From assembly GCF_000315625.1 (NCBI RefSeq), contig NW_005434611.1, positions 193,352 to 257,351 on the forward strand: a stretch of DNA of 64,000 nt. Direction: 5' to 3'. Positions 25,950 to 39,182 of the stretch are shown piece by piece. Positions within the stretch are counted from its first letter, which is position 1, and each line of letters starts with the position of its first letter. A program made the position numbers and the translations under genes. The notes below the pieces were generated by a model. The model was not told the origin of the DNA, did no database searches, and saw only the letters and a list, made by a program, of their open reading frames with translations. This DNA comes from Guillardia theta CCMP2712. Taxonomy: Eukaryota > Protista > Cryptophyta.

Positions 25950-27498
25950 ATGAGGCTCCTCCTGTGTACGGCTGCATTCTTTTCCATCATCGACATCAGC
26001 ATCAGCGTCAAATGCTTCCATCAAACTCAAAATATCGGCGACACTCCTGCTCCCTCCCAGCTCTTTCATCATGCCCTCGTTGACAAGAACAACAAACCTG
26101 TTGCACTCACTGCGTATGACTGCTCGGTATGAATTTCCGTCCTCACTCCATTCCCCCACTGCCCCACCTTCTCACTTGCCTCTCTCATTTCTCCTTTCTC
26201 CTCGTCTTCTACTTTCTCCTCCTCTCCTCTCCTCTCCTCTCCTCTCCTCTCCTCTCCTCTCCTCTCCTCTCCTCTCCTCTCCTCTCCTCTCCTCTCCTCT
26301 CCTCTCCTCTCCTCTCCTCTCCTCTCCTCTCCGCTCCGCTCCGCTCCCCTCCTCTCCTCTCCTCTTCTCTTCTCTCCTCTCCTCTCCTCTCCTCTCCTCT
26401 CCTCTCCTCTCCTCTCCTCTCCTCTCCTCTCTGCTAACCCGACCCATACTCGCTTATATGGGCAGAAGGGATAAGAGATACTGGGAGAGTCCTGTCTGAG
26501 TGATAATATCGAGCTGGGCTGTNNNNNNNNNNNNNNNNNNNNNNNNNNNNNNNNNNNNNNNNNNNNNNNNNNNNNNNNNNNNNNNNNNNNNNNNNNNNNN
26601 NNNNNNNNNNNNNNNNNNNNNNNNNNNNNNNNNNNNNNNNNNNTTCCTCCCCGCTCTTCCTATCTCCTCCGTCTCCTCCTCCTCGTCTCCTCGTCTCCTC
26701 TCTGTCGTCTCCTCCGTCTCCTCCTCCTCCTCCCCCTCCTCCCCCCCTCCTTCTCCTCCTCTTACCGCCTTCTCTCACAACTAATCTTGTGGTCTTCTTC
26801 CTGCAGTGTGTTGACTATGCCACGAAAGCTGGAGCAATCTGTGATGCAGGGAGGACTAAGACCGTTGGGAACAACATCCTGGATGCTTGTGCTTACAAGT
26901 GCTGTTCAAGTATGTGTGAAAGTTGAAGCTATCCTCCCCCTTCATCCTTCCTTCTTCCCCTCCTCTATGTCTCCTACACGATCCCTTACCCCCTGTTACC
27001 TGCTCCCTGCTCTTCCGTGTCTTTCTGCTCGCCTGGCTCGCTCTCAAGCACCACAATCCTCCTCTTCTTCCTTTCACCCTCCTCTTGGAAGATCGCCTGC
27101 ATGACATCTCTAATACAGGTGATGAGTGCAACCTAAAGTTCGAGGAATGCAAGAACCCTCTCGACTATTGTTACACCTTGACTGGTATAACCCATTCCTG
27201 TCCCGGCCCCTGCCCCTACTCCAGCTCCTACTCCAGCTCCTCTTCCAGCCCCTTGTCTTGCTGATGCCCTTGCCACTGCCACTGCTCTTTTGGAATTCCT
27301 ACATCGTTCACACATTGTATAGTGGTCATACTAGTCCTGCTCTGAATCCCTCGTGATCTCACCTTTCAACTCTCAGGCGACAATGCAACCAAGTTCTACT
27401 CGTCCGACGGCGAGAGGCTCCAGAGCTCTTCCTCGCTCCTTCTCACATCCTTGTGCCTCCTTGCCAGCATACTGGCTGGGCGTCGCTGCGGTCCTTGA
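25950..27498 (+). CDS. Secreted Cys-rich, probably GPI-anchored protein with Ly6/uPAR-like CCxxDxCN signature (contains a gap)
   Basis: Exons 25950-~26126, 26807-26909, 27119-27184 and 27377-27498. The last three join in phase: ..CAYKCCS|SDECN..YCYTLT|GDNAT..SSSLLLTSLCLLASILAG. Signal peptide is followed by VKCF. Confidence 0.7.
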
Positions 27499-27508
27499 GG
27501 GAGATAGT

Positions 27509-29299
27509 TCATATACAACACTGAAAGAATACAGAAAACACATGTGGAGGTAGTTGACCCCCAATGTTATCGACTGTCATCTCTACCGTACTCCAAATCG
27601 CTCTCTGAGATCGCTCCCCGGTCAAGCTTGTCAAGTCGCAGCCTTGCATTCGTTCGTTTCGGGCTGAAGGACACGATGATGGAAGGGAGGGAGTCATAGT
27701 TGGGGGACATGCTTACTTGCTGCGGGAACATGTCAGGGTTCACACACGACTGGAGTGCGTGTAAAGGGAGCAGAGGACAAGACAGAAAAAGAGAGAAGTA
27801 GAGAAGGGAAGGGCAGGGAGGGATCTCACCGATTTCAAACTTGCACGCTTCTTCCTCATTCCTAGTCGATTGTTTCTGACTGGCGGAAAGAGGTTCTGAT
27901 TTATAGCTCCCATGTGCTTAGAATGTTCGCTGTCGCTATCCTCCTCCCTGTGTATTCTAACCTGCTGAACCTGCGAAGAGGGTCAGGAAGCAGAAGACGG
28001 ACGAGGAGGAGGAGGAGGAGGAGAAGGCACAAGAAGAAAACACAGAAACAAGCAGTTAAGAGGTCGCACCTGATCCCTTGAGAAAGATTCTTGTCGCAGA
28101 GCCGCCAGCCTTTGGACGTCGAGGATGTTGAGTAGATGCTCGTGGCTGACAGGGTCACTGTGCGACGACGAGGCCTTGCTGCAGTTCGACCTCCCAGCGC
28201 TAGAGTTGCTCGACACTGACTCCGTCTTGTCGCAATGAGTGACGGAGCCCCCGGCCCTTGCTCCCCTCCCCCGGCTGCCTCCGTGCAGCAGGTTGACTGA
28301 GAGGGCAGCCAGCAAGTCCTTGTGCTCATCGTCCTTGACTTCTTCCTTCCGTGGCGAGACCAACTTGTGTCTGTGCTCCTCCAATCGGCCTGCAAACTCT
28401 CGGCGATGTGCAGCCAGATCGTCCTTGCTGGACATGAAGTTTGTGATGATCAGAGTCGTGTCGCTGTTCCTCGGGATATCATTCTCTTGCCTCCTGTCGG
28501 GCAGAGGAAAAGACCTGTTCACAAGCTCGACGACCTTAGGTAAGAGATCGTCAGTCAGAAAGGATTGGATCAGCGCAGGGAGAGCAACCTTGAACGGAGA
28601 ATCTCTCCGGGGACGGGAGGCAAAGAAGTTGGAATGCTTCCTCGAGTTATGATCCATCCCAACAATCATGAACTGATCCGCCATGTCGACCGGTTTCAAC
28701 CTGCCGTCGTTGGGGGCATAGGAGGTCTCGATCTTTGACCCTCCTTGTGGGGGATTCAGTGAACTTGATTTCGATTCCTTCCTGCCCTCCTTCACAGGCG
28801 ACTTGTGAAACTTGATGTACGTCGTGGCAGTCTCATGCTCGATCCTGATTCCTTTCCGCCTGTCTCTTGTCTTCGTTTGCTTGGAAAGCTCCTCGAGCTG
28901 CTGAATGATTTCTTGCTCGCCATCGTTCCAACAACCGAAGTCGTTTTTGGTATCTCCCCCACGTCGCCCGAAAGTGAGAGATAGCAGCTCGTTCGTGAGA
29001 TGATGTGGCGTTCCATGCTTCAGACCAAACGCTGATGGACCATCATCTAGAACGTCTTGCACGAAGTCCCTGACCATCGTCGTTTCTATTTTGTTGCCTG
29101 GTGAGTTGTCAAGGAAAATCAAAGAGCGATCTTCATCGTATCCTACTGTACAATCCGTGAACCTGTGCCAGTGAATGAGAAACAAGTTCAAGAATGCACT
29201 GCATATCATTCCAATGGGTTTGCTTGTGGATATTTTCTGTTTGTGAGAGGGCCAAATATCACGGAAACTCAGCAATACATCAAAAGCGGGAAGCTGCAT
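27509..29299 (-). CDS. Multi-exon hypothetical protein
   Basis: 438-aa non-repetitive ORF 27983-29299 plus downstream exons (VQQVRIHREEDSDSEH.., QVSMSPT..). No recognisable domain; ends uncertain. Confidence 0.6.
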
Positions 29300-29779
29300 C
29301 AGCAGCAGACAGGATCAATCGAGATTGATTTCAAGAAGACTCGATGACATGCAAGAAGAAAAAACTGTAGACATTAAGGCTTTGCCAATATGAGTACAAG
29401 TACGTACAAAAGGTCCTAAACCATTCTATAGCAAAGAGTTCAAGTATGATCACAAGGAGCTAGTCTTGCCAAAGATGGTCATTGCAATCGCAGAGAAGCA
29501 AGAATCATGTACATCAGCCATCCCGAGGGAGCGGGAGGAGAAGAAAACAAGGACCAAGTGCTTAAAGAAGGCTGCAGGAGCATGTGGACAGTGCATCGCG
29601 GGAGGTAGAAAAGTGGGCGAGCCAGGGGCTTAGGAGGGGGCGAGAGAGGGAGGAAGGGAGACGGGGTGCAAGGGAGGAAGGGAGATGAGAGGTGGGAGAG
29701 GTGGGAGAGAGAGAGAGAAGGGAGGGTGGGAAGGAAAAGATTGCTGTTCCTCTCTAAAATTTCATGGGCCATGATTTTC

Positions 29780-30530
29780 GCACCTATGTCAAACCAGGCC
29801 TCCAAATGACCGGTGGTGCAGTCCATGTAAGGGGTCCCTGTAATATCTGTCAAATTTGCCCTTGAGAAAAGGTGGGTGCTTTGATGTAAGTTGGGTGGTG
29901 GGGTAATGATCAGAGTTGGGTGGTGGGTACAGCTTGATGGGTACCGCGGTCAGAGATTTGTTGAGGAAAAGAGAGGGAGGTAGGGGTACTTTTCCATACA
30001 ATTAGGGGGTGCGGGTGGGTAGTAGGGGTTAACCTCTGCCTGGCAATTTTGTCGCAGGAAAATGGACCTGGCGAGTGATAGTGAGGGGGGTGGGGGTACT
30101 TCTTGGGGTGCGAGGCTACCAGGGGTTCAAGGTGAATTTGCCATGTATGAAGGGGTAGTCAGATGGGTGGGTGCCTTGTCACACGGGTCACTGCTAAACA
30201 CCTGAGACAAGACACACAGGGGGTGGTTAAAAGGGTCCCTGAGGGGGGTGGTAGTCAATCGACGGTCAATAGGCTGCTCCGAGCCGGTGCATAGGGTGGG
30301 GTAATAGATGGTAGTAGGAGGGGGTCCCCTTGGTCAGCGCCTGTGTTCAGGAATCTAGCACAGGGTCCACTGGATACCACTTTTAAAACTCTAAGTTTTA
30401 AGAACACGAACAAACGCATTTTCACCCTGGAGATTTATAGCTGAAACTCCGAAGACTCTCAGTCGCCTGGCCCACTTTCAAAGAACCGGCCGCCGGGCCC
30501 GGCCCGGCCCGGCCCGGCCGGCTATCAGTG
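29780..30530. other. Intergenic GGGGT-rich tract followed by CCGG-rich tract
   Basis: Dense ggggt/gggta motifs, then ccggcccggcccgg. The same arrangement occurs at 39290-40060, 44750-45480 and 48730-49810. Confidence 0.6.
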
Positions 30531-30692
30531 CGGCAGAATTGGGACGAGGGCAATCCGTGATGACACACTGAGCTAGCTAGGAACAGAAGGATTTCTGCAT
30601 GTTTGCAGAATATTTGAACATTAAATATAAATATTGAAAACTTCACCTGAATAATTTCAAATTGTTGCTGGAAACCAAGTTTGTCGATTGTG

Positions 30693-33600
30693 ATGCACAG
30701 TTCGGGCAGGCGAGGACGCGGGGGGCGAGGAGGAGGAAGAGGAGGAGGAGGAGGAGGAGGAGGATTCACCGACTTAGGTAGAGACGGAGGAAGAGGAGAG
30801 CCAAGAGTCGAGCAGGATCAAGACTTTGGAACGCGTGGAGGACTTGTGGGCGCCATGGAGGGTGGTAGGGGAACATTTGGTAGACGGGGTGCGGGCCGGG
30901 GATCCAGGCGACTTGAAGATTCTGGAGGATATCTGCATGCCCCCAGAGAACGGGGACAAGGACAAGCAGATTTGTATGAGGAGGAGATGGCAACAGCGAG
31001 AAATCCAACTTATCATAACGGCATACCTTTGGATCGAGTTTATCAGGGACCCGCGGAGCACGAGAGGGATCTTGGAGGGGGGAGGGGGAGGGGGAATCAT
31101 CAAACCTTTATGAATGGACATTGGAATCAGAACGATGGAATAAATTTCAGCGCCATGGTCAACATTGTTGCAGCCTCCGTGATCGCTCAGCATGGCTACC
31201 TGGACTTTGAGGTCCTTGAACGCGAGCTGGGCAAACGGACGGACATGGAAAGGTTGAAGAGGAATAGAGAAGCGAATGGGATCCTGTTCAACATGCAGAG
31301 AGTCTTGAAGAACATCAACCTGGTGATAAGCTCGGCGATCGCAACAAACTGGCTGATAACCCTGCACGATGTACGGGAGATGATGTTCAAGCTGAAAGAT
31401 CTCGACGGCCTGTCGAGCTTCGACGACCTGCATGTCGGATCTCTGCTCCACTTCCGCAAAGTCAAGGAAAATTTCCATCCATCCGAGAGTATCCTTGAGC
31501 GCAACAACATCCCTCCGATAACTACCCTGGAAGTCTTGCTGAAGATTGCTCAAATGCAGATGGGAAAAGACGCGGATGTTCTTCAGGAGGTAGAAGGAGC
31601 GATGAACGATCTGGCTGTCGAAAAAGGATACGAGAGCAGCAGCGATCTCTGCCTGTATATTGACAGAAGCAAACTTGTTCACTTCTTTGCTAGGATGGCA
31701 GAAAGGTTCGCAAGAGCAAATCTCAAGCAGGTGAAGCAAGAATTCGCAGAGAGGATGGGGCACATGCGCGTCGAGAATCATTTCACCGGCATGCAGCGCG
31801 GGGTGATATGGTGGCATCGGCTGAGAGCTCTGGTTGCAGGGATGGATCATGGGAGAGCTCTGCAATGCATTCAGGAAGTGTTGCAGAATAACGCTGGTTT
31901 GTCCGATCTGCTTGGCGAGGGCGAAGACTTGTGTCCTTCTGTCAGTGTCATGCCGACCTTCGATGGATTAGAAGTGCATGAAGAAACGCAATGCAGCGTC
32001 TGCTTGTTTTTGATTCAAGGAACACGATGGTCGTGTGGTTCTTGTCCAGATGTTGACTTGTGCGACATGTGCAATGAGTATCGGCTGAGGGAGAAAGTCT
32101 GCGAGGAGATCAAAGAGTGCGAACATCATCTCTTCCTGCCGTTCTGCGAAGAGTTTGGGAGGAGGCCGCAGATTCTCTACCGTCTGGTGCTGGAGATCAT
32201 CGCTGACCATGGAGAAGACGTGCTAGCGGTCGAGGCCATGAGCTCCGACCACCTTGCAGAGCTTGTTCTTTTCAAACTTCACGAGCGGGACCTGAGGCTT
32301 CTTGAAAGAGGTGATCGTACGTCCTACATGTCGTTGATCAGAAGCGGATGTCAAGAGATACAAGCTGCGATTGACAACCCGGAAGCATCAGCCTGTAGAT
32401 ATCTGAAAGAGACTTGGAAAGTCATGGAATGGACCGCAGCAGCGTTCTCAAGGATCATCCAAGACATCAAGACAGAGATTTTGGCCCTCCGCTACAACAC
32501 ACCCAAGATGTCTCTCACAGTTCGGCGAGAGGAGCGAAGTGATATTCATCACAATCTTGCTCTGCTCCTGTACATGGCAATGTACATCACTGGAGCTCCA
32601 CCTTTGCCAGCGGAGCGCGGGGCCGCCATGCCCACTGCAGTGGAAGCTCGTCCAGCAAACTCAGTCAGGAATGTCGACGTTGAGACCATTCTTGGAGAGT
32701 TTGCCGCTGCGATAGGCAACGTTCGCTTGCAAGCAAGAGACGTGCTGTCGGTTCTCATTGAGCTTGACAACATCTATCAAAGACACGCTGGCCCTTCCTC
32801 GCTTCCCTCGGTGGTCCAGCTGATCCGTGAGAATCAGCTGCTGTGCGACTTTATCAACCAGTGCAACCTAGTCAAGGCCCCGGAGGCGTCATCGGCAGAT
32901 GCTCTGAACGCAGTCAAGGGTGAGATGGAGTGCATGAAGACAGTGAGCGTGAAGAACGTCTGGAAGGTTGTGGATCAACTTCAGCAGCTGGAAGACAGAA
33001 TCTGCAAGAAGAATGGGGTGGAGCAGTTCGCCGCGATGTCAGGAGGGAAGAGCTTCTTGGAGCTCTGCATCGACTCGTCGCAGTTGGAGAAGCTGCTCGA
33101 GGAGAAGCTCGTGATGGACGCGAGTCAAGGAGCATCAAGGCAGCTGCTCGAGCTCGAAGGGGGAGCGCGAGAGCGACTGAGAGACGTCGCGTGCATGCTG
33201 CAGGAGCTCATCAAGGACAAGAGGACAAGCTCGTCGATCAGCAGCGAGTTCCTGCGGGTCAACTTCAACTGTGAGGTTGGTGACAGTTTCGTTGAGGCTC
33301 TCAAGACGTACGGGCCTGACAGTCAGCATGCTCGAATGCCGTTTGCCTTCTCGAGGAGGTTGTTGGAGGAGAAACGTCAGGATGCAGTGCCAAGTGACGC
33401 AGAACCTGTCGTGGAGAGCAAGCGACAAGAGGTTCTGAGAAAGATCGAGAGGGTTCCTCCCCTACAAGACATCCAGGAATGGGTAGACTGGGAAGAGTAC
33501 GGCTCTGTTCTCGGCTCCTTCTCTTCTTTCATCCACAGGCAGTGGAAGCAGGGGAAGGTGAAGAATGTGATTCAGATCAGCTCAGACTTGTTTGTGCGGG

Positions 33601-36600
33601 TCGAGCTCAGCACCTTCACTGACTTTGAGGGAGCTGTTTGCAGGCGACGAGCGAGAGATGCGGCGCAGGCAGCTGTGGGGCATGTGTTCTTGACCGGCAC
33701 TTGTTATGCCGAGAGCGTAGCAAGGCTACAGAGAAGTTTCACAGAGTTGCTTACAAGCGACGAGGCTGACAGGCCGGATGAAAGCTTCATCCTTGACGCG
33801 ATAGCATGTGTCCCCCCCCGGCTGCGGAGGGACGTGGGCCTTCCCGTCTTTGCTGAGCCGTTCTTGAGCTCAGCCACGAGTGCGAGCCAGCGACTGGTCG
33901 CGTCATGCAAGTCAGAGGCGCACGAGGTTGTCCTTGAACGGTTGGCCGCCGCCTTCCCCCGCCTCAACTTCACCCTCAGACGAGACGACTCGCACCCGTT
34001 GGAAGCAGCTCCGCGTTCAGTTCCAGTGCCATCGGAGGCAAGCGGAGATGATGGGGTGGTGGAGAGCAGAGGAGATGGAGAAGCAGCACAAGAGCGCGCG
34101 ATTGAGGCGAGAAAGTGTACACATGACGGGGATGAAGCAGAGTCGAAGACCGAATTGATATGCCGCAAGATTCGGAACAAGTACGGAATTCAACTCGACA
34201 CCATGGGACTGGATCCTGAGCTCAGGAAGGTGGTGGAAGAGCAGAGGAAGATGTTGAAGAAGTGAGTACAAGTCCTTCATCGATGTTGCACATGCTTGAC
34301 TGTGATGTTTCCAGCTCACTCAAGTTACTGTCTACGGAGCTGTACGCCAAGGAAATCCACTACATACACGAGGTGAGATCGTTGGCTGTAGAGGAGAGGA
34401 AGCTGATAGTTGTGCGTTTGTCAGATCATCCAGAACTGTGATGACAACTCGTACACGGGCGACGTGGAGCCCTCGTTGATCATCCGGCTGACAGAAGAGT
34501 TGATTGAGTTCGAGAACAACGAGATCGGGTTCAGCGAGAGAGACGTCGAGTCGATATGCTCCATCGGCCAGAGCAGCAAAGCCAACAGGAAGGGTTTCAT
34601 AGGGCACAAGGGCATAGGGTTCAAGAGCGTGTTCAAGATCTGCAGCAAGCCCAAGATCCATTCCAACGAGTTCCACTTCGAGCTCGCGGCAGAGGCGAAG
34701 GAGGGGGAGGAGAGCGCGGGGTTGGAGTACATCGTCCCTCAACCAATTCCTCCCCCAGCAGGATGGCGAGCTGGCTCCGGGACGAAGATCGTGCTTCCCA
34801 TCGCGAGCAGCCGTCGACGGGAGATCCAAGCATGCATCAAGGACTTGGAGGAGACGATCCTGCTCTTCCTGCGGAAGCTGAGGGTGATCGAGATACACGA
34901 CGCGAGGGCACAGGATGGCTCCGTGCACATCAGGAGGATGAGGAGAGAAGCTGAGACGGAGGGGAACTTTGACTTGGTCAGCCTCACCAAGGTCGTGGAC
35001 GGCGAGGAGTCGAGCCAAGACTGGCTGGTGCTCAAGACCAACGTGGCTGAGAAGACGCAGGATGACCTCTGCCTCCAGCTGGCGGTTCCTTTCATGCACG
35101 AGCTGGGAGCCGAGCAGGACTACCAGCAGAGAGATGTCTTTGCGTACCTCCCGGTGAGATGCTACGGGTTCCGTTTCATCGTCAACGGAGACTTCGCCGT
35201 CACCTCGTCAAGGGAGTCGGTGGACACCATGGACAGTAGGAACCTGCGCCTCCGCGATGGGATAGCCAGACACTTTCCTACGTTGATACGCGAGTTGCAG
35301 GAGAGGTACCTGTCAGCGACGAAGCAGAACCAGGAAGCTGAGAGAGACGTGCATGTAGGAGAGTACACGCGGGTGGTCATGTCTGTCCTCCCGACCCCAG
35401 GAGAGGTCAACGACTTCTTCGCGGTTGTACCTGATCAGATCAGGAGAGCGATCGATAGCCTTGAGCTTGTTCCCCTCAGGACCGGAAAGTTTGTCAAGGC
35501 TCGTTGTGCCGTGTGGAGGCCGCGGAAGGTGGAGAGTGAAGTCATCAGCTTCTTGGAGGAGATGCTCGCCGAGGAAGGACTGGGGTTTGTGCACGACGCC
35601 GTCGCCAAGTACCAGGTCCTCGGCGAACATCTGGGGATCAGACGCCTCCAGCAAGTCTTCCCATCCATCTTGAAGCATCTGGAGCAACGGCTGCAGTCCA
35701 GCCTCTCCGACGACCTGACTATGGAGTGCTTGGCATGGATCTTCAACGAGCTGAGAGACGAGGAGGACGTGGCAGTACTTCGGGAGGTCTTGCAACGCAA
35801 ACTGATCCCTCTGGCCTCGGGCGACTTTGTCAGGCCACAGGAGAAGAGTGTGTATGTGCTTCAAGACGTCTTTGATCTTTCTCTCGATCCTTCCCCCTCC
35901 TTCCGCATCCTCCATCCCTTGTTCGCCGAGAAGATCCAGATGTACGGTCGCGGCCTGAAGAGCTTCTTGAAGGAGATGAATGTGGTCTGGAACAACGCTG
36001 AAGCATTCCTGCGCAGCCAACTGATGCCCGTGTTGCATGACCAAGAGAGCGAGGAGAAGGATCTGGTGACCGGGCTGATTCTGCTCAAGAAGGTGTTGGA
36101 ACAGCAGAGTGAGCAGGTGAGGCGGCTAATGTTGCTCGACATCCGGCAGAAAGGCATCGTGCTGCTCGACGAGCAAGGAGATCGTGTGTGGAGCTGCAAC
36201 GCGCTGCATCAGGGCCCGAGCTACTCCAAGCATGCGGACCGAGTGACCGACATCGTCGGGAGATCCTCCGGCTCCATGTCCCCTGTCCCCTGGAAGTTGG
36301 TCAGCTCCAAGTACCTCGAGAAGGAACAGGATGCGGGAGGATGGAGGGCGGTCTTCCTTGGGCTGGGGATCTTGACCTTCTGCCACGTCCGAGAACCTGG
36401 ATACACCTCAGAAGAGATGTGCAGCCTCTATCGGTCCATCGTCGAAGCGGATGGAGCTCCAGAGCCGAGGCGACGGAGACTGCAGCTGTTCTTCTCTCTG
36501 CTCTCGGATGTCTGGCAGGAGGAGTACGAGCAGGCTCTTGGTCTTCCGGAGGAAGGCGAGGTAGCTTTTCTCACCTTCCTCCGCCAGGAAGCCAAGCTCC

Positions 36601-39182
36601 CAGGCACTGACGGTCAGCTCCATCCCCCGCAGCTTCTCCTTCAGAGGACCGAGCACGTCTACAGAGTCCTGGGGGCAAAAGGAATCTACCCAGACGTCGA
36701 CAATCTGGACGTGAAGCTCTCCCAGCGCCTTGGAATCAGCTCCCAGCTGCAGCCCAGCAACATTTTCGATCAGTTGGAGCACTGGAGAAGCTCTTCAACG
36801 CCTCTGTCACTGAGCTTCATGGAGAGCGTCTACAAGTGCCTGCGATCAGACCAGTCCAGCTGTAACTCCAGCAGTGAGCGGAGATGCATCTTCGTGCCTG
36901 ACAAGCATTCGGTGATGAGTCTGGTGACGCAGAAAGGAAAGGAGAAGTACGTGTTGGATGCGTCAGTGGAGACGGCGGGCAAGTGGTACAGCGCGCCGTC
37001 GCTGGTGCTGAAGGATCCGAGCTACCTCCTTGACACTGACAGAATAGAAGTGACGAGGGGGATGAACGACTACTGCTGTCAGGGAGACTTCCGTGCTGTG
37101 GAAGCTTACTACAAGAACGTCTTGGACGTGCTCTCGGGGTTCGGAGTGAGGGAGGAGCCGCCGTACGAGTTCTATACCAGCCTGTTGAGGCGTCTGGAGA
37201 GAGAGTCGTCCTCCAAGATCACTGCCGTGGAGAAGCTTGCTTGCCAACTTCGAGTCCTCGTCCACTTCTCCTTCGAGTTCGACGACACCAGGAGCAACCT
37301 GAAGCCTCTCTTTGCCGACCAGCCGCATGCTCACCCCAGGACGCTGGAGGAGCTGCTGGCGCTCGTGCGTGAGACGACGCTGAGGAACAAGTGGGTCGAG
37401 AAAGCCTTGCAGCTCGAGACTGCCGTCAGGCAGATGAGGGATCATGATGTTCGCTTCCCCGGCAGCGACGGCTCCTCTGTGGCCCTCAGTGAGTGCCTGG
37501 CCATCTACGAGGACGATGCTGTGGCCCCGAGGCTTGAGGCGCTTGGAGGTCAGTTTGGCTTCAGTGCCATGGAGCTTCAGTCCTCTGCCCGTTGGATGGA
37601 TGTCGTGAAGCAGTCGGTCTGTCTGCGGCACTTTGACGTATCCGATGGGAAGCCTTTCAGGGCTGATCAGGGCGGGGTCGCGGTCAAAGGCTATCCCCTC
37701 CACCTCGCGAGATTCTACCATGAGGTCCTGGGCCTGCCGCACCTGGCGGGCTGCATTGAGGAAGAGGTGAAGGCAAAGGACAAGGTGGCAGGCATGAAGG
37801 TCACGATCTCAGTTGCCAGCGACTCGACGGGCCGTCGAGATGAGAAGCTTTCTTTCCTCCCTGACTCAGAAGCTGAGAGCCGAGGAGAACAGCTGGAGGT
37901 ATCAGACCCGGATCTCCTCATCCTGTGCTCAGTGTTGGAGGCCGTCAAGAGGTTTGCTGGCGAGTCTTCTCACTCGGTGCAAGTTGTTTGCGTCCACGAC
38001 CTCTACGTCCACATCGGCATCAGGCAGCCAGACAAGCAGTTCAAGGAGCTTCTCACCGTTGAGAAGAGAATGACAAGCCAGCGTGTGGGCGGAGAGAGGG
38101 TGATGAGCGTGGTGCAAGGAACGCTGAGTCACATGTCTGACGGGGATGACATCGTTCATGAGCTTGTGCGATGCTTGTCTGCGCTGCTGGACTTGCAGGT
38201 CAGCTCGAGTTGCCTGTGTGATATCCTGACGTGACGTGCTCTGCAGGGGACGCGAGACTCGGAGATCGAAGAGGCCGTGAGAGGCTCCATCAGGAGCAGC
38301 CTTGGCCTCTCGACCAGGAGCCCAGCAGGGAACGATGGCGGTATATCCGCGGCGATGCAGAGGATACAGCTGCATGAAGAGGAAGAGCTGGAGTTGGTGG
38401 AGGACGGAGACTTCGATTTCTCAGATGTCTCAAAGCAGATCAATGCAAATCGCTTAAGTGAGATCGAGCGACTGAGACTGAAAGCTGCCACGTCATCGCC
38501 CGGTGAGCCCGAGCGGAGCGTGCTTCAGACTATCCGCGACCCCCTGGCATTCTCGTCGGAGGAGCGGGTACGAGTGCCGATGCCTGTCCGACTCCCCAGG
38601 CACCTTCACTTCATGATGCCCAGCATGGACGACGAGGAAGAGGAGGGAGAGGGGGAGGAGGAAGCGTATGAGCTCGCGAACATCTCAGTCCCTCAGGACC
38701 AGGAGCGCTCATCGGAGACGGGAAGGTAGGAGAGGACTGTGCGACTGCGAGGCGAGCTGACATGCTGCAGGATCGGGGAGGCGATCATGAACGCCTGGCT
38801 GTCGTCCAACCACTTCGACTTCAAGTGGGTGAACGAGGACGGCGAGTCCTTGAAGCCCTTCGACTTCGTCGTGAGAACCGACGAGAAGGACTGGTACCTC
38901 GAGGTGAAGGCGACGGAGGGCAGCATGCCGGAGGCTTCGGCGGCGGAGGAAATCTTCATCTCCCCTCAGGAGATTCACTTTGCAATGACCAACCCCGTTG
39001 CCTTGGCCCGTATCTACCAGACGAGGTCTGAGAACCCGCGGGTTCTCGTGCTCAAGGCCTTCTCCAGGCTCGTACGAGCCAACAAGATCGAGTGCCGAGC
39101 TCGCATCTCAGCCAAGACGATCAAGAAACAAGTTGCGGAGGACGAAGCGGGAGAGGGACTGGACGCTTCACACTCACAGTAG
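30693..39182 (+). CDS. NO VEIN/sacsin-like protein (~2763 aa, 5 exons): RGG-rich N-terminus, ZZ zinc finger, GHKL ATPase, C-terminal DUF3883 PD-(D/E)xK nuclease
   Basis: Exons 30693-34261, 34315-34372, 34425-38198, 38247-38725 and 38771-39182 join in phase. GHKL: LSTELYAKEIHYIHEIIQNCDDNSY, NNEIGF, SICSIGQSSK, IGHKGIGFKSVF. Nuclease: TGRIGE..WVNEDGESLKPFDF..YLEVKAT. ZZ: CSVC..RWSCGSCPDVDLCDMC. Confidence 0.9.

Noticed and set aside
30774-37742. Long antisense ORFs within the NOV-like gene (similar ones in the channel, V-ATPase and AMT genes)
   Set aside because: Shadow ORFs caused by GC3-rich codon usage; no motifs.
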